Shown here one piece after another: positions 11,137-20,000 of a DNA stretch of 20,000 nucleotides. A model generated the notes under the pieces. The model worked only from the letters and a program-made list of their open reading frames with translations, was not told where the DNA came from and searched no databases. Both the position numbers and the translations under genes were made by a program. The stretch is taken from assembly GCF_004010195.1 (NCBI RefSeq), contig NC_057749.1, positions 21,591,143 through 21,611,142 on the forward strand, given 5' to 3'. The stretch's first letter is position 1, and every line of letters starts with the position of its first letter. This DNA is from Chiloscyllium plagiosum. Its lineage: Eukaryota.

Positions 11137-11256
11137 CTACAATAGTCCATCAATACGACCCACTGTAAGGTGCTACATTTTCATTGAAACACTGAGTTGA
11201 TGATATTTGTTGGGGCTGGACTGTCCATAGTGAAACAATGGCATTCAATCAGCTCT

Positions 11257-11279
11257 CCCAGCAACACATTCTCGACCCA
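11257..11279 (+). mobile_element. 23-bp Penelope-terminus micro-insertion with a 15-bp TSD
   Basis: cattcaatcagctct at 11242-11256 and 11280-11294 flanks cccagcaacacattctcgaccca, which matches the reverse complement of gtcgagagtgtggtgctgg (7336-7354). Confidence 0.7.
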
Positions 11280-11363
11280 CATTCAATCAGCTCTGTTACT
11301 TTTCAGTATGAAAGAACATTACACAGCATCAATCTCTTACAAGCGTTTCTCTTCACTTTCCAG

Positions 11364-11417
11364 ATTACAGTGCCTGTGGATAATAAATCCATGACAGAAT
11401 GCCAAAAGAAGAATTTG
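11364..11417 (+). CDS. sema7a: Semaphorin (SEMA7A-like) internal exon A, 54 nt, phase 0-0: ITVPVDNKSMTECQKKNL
   Basis: Polypyrimidine acceptor ttctcttcactttccag| and donor TTG|gtgagt. Only frame 0 is open. It joins exon B in frame and supplies the Cys that precedes the sema C-x-N motif. Confidence 0.8.
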
Positions 11418-12447
11418 GTGAGTTACGCTCTGAAAAACATTCATGCCTGTTTCACTTTGTTGAAACGCAACAGTTAAAAGATATCTCTTGCAAGTTTCTG
11501 TGCCAGTTTTATAATCGACTTTTTATACAGTTTCGTTTTCTCGTGTTTGACTGTTATTACAATGGCCAAACCATCCTCCTGTGGGATAGATAAACCCATT
11601 CCCCGATCAGGGCTGCCTTTCCTGCACCATTCCTGAATTCTCACTCTGTTCCTCAGTGATTTACCATAACCAGGTGATCGCATGGAGCTGTTAGTGAGGG
11701 GGCAGCTTGTGAATTGTGAGCAGGGGTTTGAATGATTTGTAAGAGGTGGATAAACGGACAACAGAATTACATGAGTTGTGAGCCTGGCACTGACAGTCTC
11801 TGACCTCCCAGAGACCCCTCGATGGATGGCACCTTATTGGGATGAAGCGGGTTAATTATTCCACCAAGTCCCTGAAGCCAAGCGATAGCTTCCTCATTTG
11901 CTAACCCCAGAGTCTGGAGAGGAAACAATGGATCAGTATTTACCCTTCTGAGCCCCTCATATTGGTTCCTATGCACTTTCAAGAAAGGGAATGATCCAAC
12001 CATCAGACTCAACTCCAAGATAAAATTAAAGGATTCCGAAAGGTTACCCATCCCCTCACCACAACCCCAGCACCGTGTTCCCTTCCCCACTCTCAAAACA
12101 TAGCCCCTGGCCCCCTGCCTTCCTCTCACCTTAAGCCTGCTTTCCCCCCTCTCCCAGCCCCTCTTCCCCCCAGCTCCCAGCAGCACCTGCCATCAACCCC
12201 TGGGCCCTGACCCCTGACCCCAGCTTGTGGAATCCCAGCCTCCCTCAGAACTGTCAATGTCAACACTGAACAACCTTCTGGTCAGCTGTCCATATCCTAC
12301 TTGCTAATGGCCACCAGTTGTCAAGTGAACCCTGATTGGATGTCTGGTGAGCCAATGGAGTTTGGTGTTTGTGAGAAGTTGTGCCTTGGGAAATGGTTAT
12401 CCAAAGAAACTGCAGCACTTCGTGGTGTGCCTTGGTGCGCATGCACA

Positions 12448-12569
12448 TGTGTGTGTGTGTGTGTGTGTGTCTGTGTGTGTCTGTGTGTGTGNTATGTGTG
12501 TCTGTGTCTGTGTGTGTGTCTGGGGTGTGTGTGTGTGTGTCTGTGTGTGTGTACGCGCACGTGTGTGTC
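12448..12569. repeat. (TG)n/(TCTG) microsatellite in the semaphorin intron
   Basis: Seen directly in the sequence. Confidence 0.97.
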
Positions 12570-12762
12570 AAGTGTTGCCACCCCAGCGAGGTTGGAATCG
12601 TGCAGTTAGTTTGTTGGGCGTGTTGTGGTGAGTTGGCATTGAGACTTTTCACATCATTTATATAGAAGCCTGTCAGAACATATTCCAAACAAATGCGCTT
12701 TTGATTAGTTTCTTCAGTTTGCTGTTTCCTTGACGATATTCATGGTCTGCATTTAACTTCAG

Positions 12763-12861
12763 GGGTACTGTCAGAATGTTATCATGGTCCTGCAAAGATT
12801 CAACAGAACCCATCTTCTTCTGTGTGGGACCAATGCCTGGAATCCAAAATGCTGGTCACTC
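12763..12861 (+). CDS. sema7a: Semaphorin (SEMA7A-like) exon B, 99 nt, phase 0-0: GYCQNVIMVLQRFNRTHLLLCGTNAWNPKCWSL
   Basis: Acceptor tttaacttcag| and donor CTC|gtaagt. Carries the hallmark sema motif C-x-N-x-I-x-V-L...THL-x-x-CGTNA-x-x-P-x-C. The CWSL ending resembles human SEMA7A CGTNARHPSCWNL (recalled). Confidence 0.95.
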
Positions 12862-13323
12862 GTAAGTATAGTTTGGCTGACGTTGAATGTCTATTTGTCC
12901 AAACTCAGCCTTCCACCTTAATGCTTTGGCCAAAGAGAGACAAGATGGAGGGGAGCAGAAATCTACTGGCCTGGGTGATAGCATTTATGGGTGAGATTAG
13001 ACCTCTTGCCTGTCATACAGCCCCCCTGTTGGATGGCTATTCTGAGATTCTCCACAAATCAAAGTTAACCCACTCGCCCAGCCTCCTCCCACACCCCCCC
13101 GAGTGCTTGATGGGGGAATGAGCTTCTTCAGCTTTTGAGCCAGTGACTACTCACTTTGCCATTTTCCCCGTCTATGGTGTCATTACTGCCAGATGCCAAG
13201 TGGTTCTGAACCAGCCAGAGCTGGGAAATGACCCCAGCTCCATCCTTTGCTGGTGTATCTCCCAATATCAGGGTCCAGGGCAGTGTGGACAGAGAACTGG
13301 GACAGGGCAGGTACTCTGGGGGC

Positions 13324-13482
13324 TTTTCATCCATGGGATGTGGGCATCGAAGGCTGGGCCAGCATTTATTTGTCCGTCCCTAGTTGCCCTGGAGATGCTG
13401 GTGGTGAGCTGCTGCCTGATTGAACCACTGCAGTGGTGTACGGACAGCCACAGTGCTGCTAAGGAGGGAGTTCCAGGATTTC
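13324..13482 (-). mobile_element. Family A LINE 3' end fragment
   Basis: catgggatgtgggcatc...gcatttatt...ccctagttgccctggag, matching the other family A copies. Confidence 0.85.
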
Positions 13483-13810
13483 GGATTTGTGCACTTTCAG
13501 GGAGATCCAGCAACCAGTAATGAAGAAAATATTCCAAATAATTTCCTTGCTACCATCTTATTCATTTACAAACCAGCACTTTAATAACATCAACTCCATT
13601 GAAATATGTCACTGGACTCTGACATCAATCTGAGGAAAATGATATTCCTCCTTTTAAAGAAAACTAATTTCCCACACTCCCTTTTATATAGCTGTGCATT
13701 TAAAACATTACCTCAAAGACTGCAATCAAATCATGATAAGCCCATCCCTCAACTGCTTTGGCAGGTGCACTGTTTCTGAGCCCACTTACTTCAATTAAAT
13801 ATTTTGTGAG

Positions 13811-14061
13811 GCACATTCTCCCTGCTTCTGTGTGGGTTTCCTCCGGGTGCTCCGGTTTCCTCCCACAGTTCAAAGATGTGCAAATTATGGAGAATTAGCC
13901 AGGATAACTTGCCCCATAGTGTTCAGGGACGTGCAGACTAGGTGGGTTAGCCAAGGGGGAATGCAGGTTTACAGAGATAGGGGGATAGGTCTGGGTGGAA
14001 TACTGTTCGGTGTGGGTCCATTGGGCCAAATGGCCTATTTCATCACTGTTAGGTTGCTATG
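13811..14061 (+). mobile_element. HE1-like V-SINE, 5'-truncated
   Basis: V-domain core gtgggtttcctccgggtgctccggtttcctcccacagt and a LINE-derived tail tgggccaaatggcct. Confidence 0.9.
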
Positions 14062-14261
14062 TAACCAGGTGAATCCTGGAACAACAACGTGGGAATTGCT
14101 AGAGGCATCAAGACAAAGATGCATTGCTCTTCACCCATCCTGTCAACTCTTTCTATTGATGTAAAATTCCTTCCCGCATGATTATTTGCCATGACATGAT
14201 GTGTGATCAACCTGCTAATTTTTGAAAATAGTAATGCTGAATAACAGCAATGATTTTGCAG

Positions 14262-14364
14262 ATTAACAACACATTCAGTGAAATCATTAATGGAGGAGGA
14301 CATCCGATTGGACGAGGAGTGTGTCCTTTCAGTCCGAAACATGGCTTCACCTCATTGGTTGAAG
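14262..14364 (+). CDS. sema7a: Semaphorin (SEMA7A-like) exon C, 103 nt, phase 0-1: INNTFSEIINGGGHPIGRGVCPFSPKHGFTSLVE(G)
   Basis: Acceptor tgattttgcag| and donor AAG|gtgggt. Carries the sema motif GRG-x-CPF-x-P-x-H-x-x-TS. Phases fit both neighbouring exons. Confidence 0.93.
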
Positions 14365-14452
14365 GTGGGTCCCCTTGCAATTGACGTTCATTGTCGTTCA
14401 GAGATCAGGGACCTACTCACTGAGTGTGTGTGTGTTTGACTTCTAATGACAG

Positions 14453-14563
14453 GAGAAAAACTCTACTCAGCTGCCCCTTTATTTGAGAATGGAAATGTGA
14501 ACCTTCGAAGGTTTAAGGAACAGAGTCCATCATGGTTACTTTCTGTTGACAAGTGGCTGAGAG
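14453..14563 (+). CDS. sema7a: Semaphorin (SEMA7A-like) exon D, 111 nt, phase 1-1: (G)EKLYSAAPLFENGNVNLRRFKEQSPSWLLSVDKWLR
   Basis: Follows an 88-nt intron (14365-14452). Acceptor ttctaatgacag| and donor GAG|gtaagt. Carries sema motifs G-x-x-LYSA and D-x-WL; comparable to SEMA7A GDEVYST...RFRR...SD. Confidence 0.92.
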
Positions 14564-14648
14564 GTAAGTGTCAACTCAATACTGAGCAGTGTCCAAAATG
14601 GAAAGTGGATGAGGCCATTTCTCTGGCATCCCTGATGGATGTCTAAAA

Positions 14649-14862
14649 CTCCCCGTGTCTGCGTGGGTTTCCTCCGGGTGCTCTGGTTTCCTCCCACAGT
14701 CCAAAGATGTGCTGGTTCGCTGAATTGGCCAAGCTAAATTGCCAGTAGTGTTAGGTGAAGGGGTATATGTAGGGGAATGGGTCTGGGTGGGTTGCTCTTC
14801 AGAGGGTTGTTGTGGACTTGCTGGGCCGAAGGGCCTGTTTCCACACTGTAAGTATTCTAATC
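14649..14862 (+). mobile_element. HE1-like V-SINE, 5'-truncated
   Basis: V-domain core plus tail gggccgaagggcctgtttccacactgta, shared with the LINE 3' end at about 8095-8131. Confidence 0.92.
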
Positions 14863-15741
14863 AGGTGGCAGGGATGTAACACATCGAGGGGAGGCGCTGA
14901 AAGCTGATTTCTGCTCCTTGAACTGGATTGGACCAGGCACCACCTCAGAATTCTTGACTCTCCTTTGGATTTGAAAGATCTGGAAAAATGACAGGTTTCA
15001 TACAGTCAGAAAAAGTGAGGGCATGGAGAAAGTGGGACAGATGGGAAAGGGTGTTCAGATCAAAGTACAAATAGAATGTGAATGGTAGTAGAGGAGTGAA
15101 ACAGATGAGGAATAAGTGTTAATGGTTGATGTTGAAAGATGCAAATAGGTTTGGCTAAATTTGCACAGCTATTCTCTGGATTGGCTGAGATTGTTCAACT
15201 TGTAATTCTGAGGGAATCCTTTGCAGAACACATCTTACACTTAGGAAACTCAAGGGCAACAATCAATTTCCCTCTTATAGACCAACTATTAATAGCTGAT
15301 GTTGGGGTTTTGATGGATAAATATTAAGCTGTGATTTTACGTGCCAGGATTGTGTGATATACAGTGAGAGATGCAGTGTAGGTTCCTCCAACAAAACAAA
15401 CAGAATAACAAGGACAGATCACAGATTGCAATGCGGGACAGCAACTGAGCCTCACTCACGTGTAATATGAAGAAGCATTGCGTCGATCGTACTGCGAAAT
15501 AGATTTTCAGCATTCCTGTGTTGCAAACTGTGAACCAATTCTATTTTGCGAAGGTCCACAGTTGAAACCGTCAAGTGATAGGATGCCGAAACCAGTGTCT
15601 TAGCAAAACGGCCTAGGGAGATATGACACAAGACAGAGCTTCACACACGAGGAACTACAAGTTCTATAATCTTGCCCAATAGTTTTAATTTTGGACATGG
15701 TCGAAACTTGCAGTGAACACTCAGTAATTGCACCAACTGTG

Positions 15742-16241
15742 NNNNNNNNNNNNNNNNNNNNNNNNNNNNNNNNNNNNNNNNNNNNNNNNNNNNNNNNNNN
15801 NNNNNNNNNNNNNNNNNNNNNNNNNNNNNNNNNNNNNNNNNNNNNNNNNNNNNNNNNNNNNNNNNNNNNNNNNNNNNNNNNNNNNNNNNNNNNNNNNNNN
15901 NNNNNNNNNNNNNNNNNNNNNNNNNNNNNNNNNNNNNNNNNNNNNNNNNNNNNNNNNNNNNNNNNNNNNNNNNNNNNNNNNNNNNNNNNNNNNNNNNNNN
16001 NNNNNNNNNNNNNNNNNNNNNNNNNNNNNNNNNNNNNNNNNNNNNNNNNNNNNNNNNNNNNNNNNNNNNNNNNNNNNNNNNNNNNNNNNNNNNNNNNNNN
16101 NNNNNNNNNNNNNNNNNNNNNNNNNNNNNNNNNNNNNNNNNNNNNNNNNNNNNNNNNNNNNNNNNNNNNNNNNNNNNNNNNNNNNNNNNNNNNNNNNNNN
16201 NNNNNNNNNNNNNNNNNNNNNNNNNNNNNNNNNNNNNNNNN
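15742..16241. other. Assembly gap (500 N)
   Basis: Seen directly in the sequence. Confidence 1.
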
Positions 16242-16635
16242 GACGTGAAGCATTTCACACAGTTTTAAGCACTCAATTTGTCGCACTAGGCTTTTTAATC
16301 AATGTCTTCAATTGTGTCCTGTTTAACTTGTTAACCGTTCAGTCTGTATACACATTACAGTTGTGTAGTATTTTTTGAGTGATTTTGCTCGTCTTTAAAA
16401 CTAGTTTCGATTCTTTCAAAACTTATTCCTCATTTAGCACTGCTGATATGTTACTGACAAAAATTGCACTTGATGCAAATCACTTTCCTGTTGACGAATC
16501 AGGACTCCAGATATGTTTCTGACCTGTAACTCTAGCATTTAAGAACCTCAAAAATAAAAACTCTCAAAAATCGCTAATTTAAAAATCTATTAGCTGGCTG
16601 AATCTAACCACCTCAGAAATTCTGTCACAAGTCCA

Positions 16636-16727
16636 CAACCACCTGATGAAGGAGCAGAGTTCGAAAGCCAGTGCTTCCAATTAAAGCTTTTGGGCTATAA
16701 TCTGGTGTTGTGTGAGTTTTAACTTTG
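16636..16727 (+). mobile_element. 3' end of a second Penelope-like family with a hammerhead motif
   Basis: CUGAUGA-AG-GAGC-AGA-GUUC-GAAA-GCCA at 16643-16670, followed by ctataatctggtgttgtgtgagtttttaacttt. Unrelated to the first family outside the core. Confidence 0.7.
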
Positions 16728-17159
16728 CTGACTCTGTGCTTAGGTCTGGTTCACCACTTCCCTGTGTCAACACTCCCCACCCCCAACCTTCCTACTTTCC
16801 TCAATTTCCCAATGTATAGGATGGATATTTGGTCTCCCTTTGAGTCTGGATTGAAGGTGGATGAGTCCTAATATCAGCTCTTTTGGCTGAACATTAACCA
16901 ATTTTTAAAATTCACAATGGGGCATGGGCATCACTGGCTGGGCCAGCGTTTTTTGCCTGTCCCTAATTGCCCCTTGAGAAGGTGGTGGTGAGGTGCCTTC
17001 TTGAACTGCTGCTGTCCATGTGCTATAGGTAGATCCATGATGCCCTTAGGGAGGGAATTCCAGGATTTTGACCCAGCGACACTGAAGGAACAGCAATGTA
17101 TTTTCATGTCAGGATGTGAGTGGCTTGGAGTGGAACTTGCATGTTCCATGTATCTTCTG

Positions 17160-17506
17160 TTGAAACTTTATTGCTGGAACAGCACAGCAGGTCAGGCAGC
17201 ATCCAGGGAACAGGAGATTCGACGTTTCGGGCACAGGCCCTTCTTCAGGAATGAGTCGGCTGAGACAAGGTGGGGGGAGGGGGGATGAAGAAACTGGTGA
17301 AGTCCAAGTTCATCCCCTGCGGTTGGAGGGTTCCGAGTCAGAAGATAAGACGCTCCTCCTCCGACCGTCGCGTTGTTGTGGTTTGGCGGTGGATGAGTCC
17401 AATGACCTGCATATCCTCGGTGGAGTGGGAGGGGGAGTTGAAATGCTGTGCTACAGGGTGGTTGGGTTGGTTCGTCCGGGTGGCCCAGAGGTGCTCTCTG
17501 AATCGC
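17160..17506 (-). mobile_element. Penelope-like element 3' part: GIY-YIG endonuclease C-terminus, 3' region and hammerhead
   Basis: The minus strand encodes RFREHLWATRTNQPNHPVAQHFNSPSHS...RRSEEERLIF*LGTLQPQGMN, typical of the Penelope endonuclease tail. Confidence 0.92.
17217..17252 (-). ncRNA. Minimal type I hammerhead ribozyme, intact core
   Basis: Minus strand: AUUC-CUGAAGA-A-GGGC-CUGU-GCCC-GAAAC-GUC^GAAU. Helix I is AUUC/GAAU, helix II is 4 bp, and helix III contains the palindrome ACGU. Confidence 0.85.
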
Positions 17507-18633
17507 TCTTGCCCTTCCAGATGGAAGTGGCCATGCATTTGGAAGATGCTGTCTAAGAATCTTTGGTGAATTGCCACAGTGCGTTTTGTAGATAGTACAC
17601 TCTCTGCTACTGAGCGTCAGTGGTTGGGGGAGCAGATGTTTGTAGATGTGATGTCAATCAAGTTGCCATTTCTAGATGGTGCAAAGCTTCTTCAGTGTTG
17701 TTGGGATTGCACCCATCAGGCAAGGGGAGAGTATTCCATCGCAATCCAACTTGTGTCTTGTAGATGATGGACAGGCTTTGGGGCGTCAAGAGTTGAGTTA
17801 GTCAACTGAGTATTCCTAGCCTCTGACCTGCTCTTGTAGCCACTGTATTTATATGGTGAGTCCAGTTCAGTTTCTAGTCAATGGTAACCCCCCAAGGATG
17901 TGGATAGTGGCTGATTCAGAGATGGTTATACCATTGTATGTCAAGGGGTTAGATTGTCTCTTATTAGTCATTACTTGGCATTTGTGTAGCACAAATGTTA
18001 CTTGTCACCTGCGAACCCAAGCCTGGATATTGTGAGGGTCTTGTTGCTTTTGAATATGAGCTACTCCAGTATCTACGGAGTTGTGAATGGTGCTGAACAT
18101 TGTGTAACAATTAGTGAGTATCCTCCATTTAACCTTATGATGGAGGGAAGATCAGTGATCAGGCAGCTGAAGATGGTTGGGCCTAGGGTACTACCCTGAG
18201 GAACTCCTGCAGAGATAACCAAGAGCTAAGATGACTGACCCCCTAACAGTCACAACCATTTTCCTGTGTGCCAGATATGGCACCAGCCAACGGAGAGATT
18301 TCCTCCTGATTTCGATTGATTCCAGTTTGGTTAGGGCTCCTCGGTGTTATACTCACAGCCTTGATGTCAAGGGCTGTCACTCTCACCTCACCCCTGGAAT
18401 TTAGCTCTTTTCTCCATGTTTGACCCAAGGCTGTAATGGGGTCAGTCACTGTGTGGCCCTAGCGGAAGCCACACTAAGTGTCAGTGAGCAGGTTGGTGCT
18501 GTGTCATGGCACTGTTGATGACACCTTCCATGACTTTACCGATGATCACAAGTAGACTGAGGGGTGGTAATTGGCTGGGTTGGATTTGTCCTGCTTTTTT
18601 TGTGTGTAGGACATACCTGGAAAATTTTCAATA

Positions 18634-18723
18634 CAGTCGAGAGTGTGGCGCTGGAAAAGCACAGCAGGTCAGGCAGCATCTGAGGGGCAGCAGAATCGAC
18701 GTTTTGAGCATGAGCTCTTTGTC
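18634..18723 (-). mobile_element. Penelope-like terminal fragment with a degenerate hammerhead
   Basis: gtcgagagtgtggcgctggaaaagcacagcagg...; helix II variant GAGC-UCAU-GCUC; flanked by attttc at 18624-18629 and 18724-18729. Confidence 0.85.
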
Positions 18724-19552
18724 ATTTTCCACATAGCTGGGTAGGTGCCAGTGCTGTAGCTGTTCCCTGGCTCCATCCCACCTCCAGCCAATTTAGTCCA
18801 GTCAAAGGAGGCTGACTTCCGGTCATCTCCCAGCCACACTGATGGGTACCAGCCTGTCTGAACAACAGCCATGGTGCGCCCACCCACCCCAGTCTCCCCT
18901 GCCTCACCCCTCCAGCTCCTACATTGGTGTGGCCTGGCCACTGAGTCAGATTTCTAATTTGAGAATGTTCGGAATATGTTGCCTCCATTTTGAAACTCTT
19001 TCCACTAGATACTGCTGCTTCATTCAAGGAGGGAGACCTCTGATTGGCCCTTCTGCTTCACATACTTTTCAGGATACCTCCCTCCTCTGCTTCCATGTTG
19101 GATCTGATCTGAAATCACTCCTGTGGAGCTTTTTAGGAAATAAGCGAGTAATTTTGCTGATTGTCTGTGCCATCACAGCCCTGTCCTCTGGCACTGATGC
19201 CCTAAAAGCTCTGAAGATTGTAGGCAAACCACCGGTGACCCTTTCCAACTCCATTGGAGACTTCCCCCTACCAGTTGTAGTCTGTTCTCCTGGACTCCTG
19301 TTCTTCAGGGTTTCCAGCTGCCTTGCTAAAGGCACAACCTTTCCCACAGATGGGAAACATGCAATGGACCAGGTGGCACACAACAGTCTGGGCACTTTCA
19401 CCTCTCTACCCCTAAAACCTGAGTTGATGATACCAGCTCCCCGATAGGCCTCACCCCCTAGGCCTGATAGGTATGTGATTGGAACATTTCCACGCTGCAT
19501 TGTGGGAAGCAGGACAACGTCAGTCAGGTCGCCGGCAGCTTCTTAGGGGCAT

Positions 19553-19660
19553 TTTTGTTCCTTTTCTCATTCGTAGGATGTGGGCATCACTGGCAAGGTC
19601 AGTGTTTGTTGCCTATCCCTAATTGGCCCTTGAGAACGTGGTGATTTGCACCCGATGCTG
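19553..19660 (-). mobile_element. Family A LINE (or partner SINE) 3' end fragment
   Basis: ggatgtgggcatcactggc...ccctaattggcccttgagaac. Confidence 0.75.
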
Positions 19661-19786
19661 TCCTTCGGATGTAACTACAACACAATGTATGTTTAGCTCC
19701 ACTCACTCATCTGAATCATTGACATAATGTTGCTTGATTTCAAGCTGAGGCCTCAGCAAGGCTCCACTCATCAGATCCTGCCAATC

Positions 19787-20000
19787 AGGCGAAAGTGAGG
19801 ACTGCAGATGCCGGGGATTAGAGTCAAGATTAGAGTGGTGCTGGAAAAGCACAGCAGGTCAGGCAATATCCAAGGAGCCGGAAAATCGACGTTTCGGGCA
19901 AAAGCCCTTCATCAGGAAAATACAGGCAGAGTGCCTGAAGGGTGGAGTGATAAATGAGAGGAGGGTGGGGGTGGGGAGAAAGTAGCATAGAGTACAACAG
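19787..20000 (-). mobile_element. Penelope-like element 3' end, continuing beyond the window
   Basis: Same terminus as the copies at 4921, 7302 and 10825; contains an intact hammerhead core. Confidence 0.9.
19888..19915 (-). ncRNA. Minimal type I hammerhead ribozyme, intact core
   Basis: Minus strand: CUGAUGA-A-GGGC-UUUU-GCCC-GAAAC-GUC. Helix I is weak (UC/GA). Confidence 0.8.

Larger units (their letters stand above)
16915..18770 (-). mobile_element. Family A LINE, long decayed ORF2 fragment with two nested Penelope insertions
   Basis: 3' end matches 1210-1850. The minus strand encodes ELNSRGEVRVTALDIKA (RT domain 3). Resumes collinearly after 17506 and 18723. Confidence 0.88.

Noticed and set aside
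11146..11235. VLHFH*NTELMIFVGAG resembling the missing upstream semaphorin exon
   Set aside because: In-frame stops at 11143 and 11185, no acceptor/donor pair, and it abuts a SINE tail; probably chance.
14305..14345. tggacga-gga...tcc-gaaac as a hammerhead, and CCAAT motifs as a promoter
   Set aside because: The core lacks CUGA, and the sequence is fully explained as semaphorin coding exon C.
14446..14646. 66-aa ORF as a standalone gene
   Set aside because: It is exon D read through its splice sites.
19744..19757. Perfect 14-bp palindrome gctgaggcctcagc
   Set aside because: About one palindrome of this size is expected by chance in 20 kb.
1..20000. CRISPR array, prokaryotic operon or defence system
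   Set aside because: Repeats are dispersed eukaryotic retroelements; there is no regular repeat-spacer array or dense coding.

Overview
Repeat-rich vertebrate genomic DNA. The repeat families (HE1/V-SINE, HER1/CR1 LINEs, Deu-domain SINEs, Penelope-like elements) point to a cartilaginous fish such as a shark; this is an inference. The ORF track misses the real gene: four short + strand GT-AG exons (11364-11417, 12763-12861, 14262-14364, 14453-14563) splice in frame into 122 codons of a semaphorin sema domain, most similar to SEMA7A. The rest is intronic or flanking DNA with decayed LINEs, SINEs, a probable solo LTR, TG microsatellites and two N gaps (3644-4043, 15742-16241). There are nine Penelope-like insertions. 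Together they carry eight minimal hammerhead-ribozyme motifs (two with intact cores), and several are fold-back elements or are flanked by target-site duplications. A CpG-rich, open, minus-strand exon-like segment (15460-15612) hints at a nested antisense gene. Family assignments come from recalled motifs; no database search was run.
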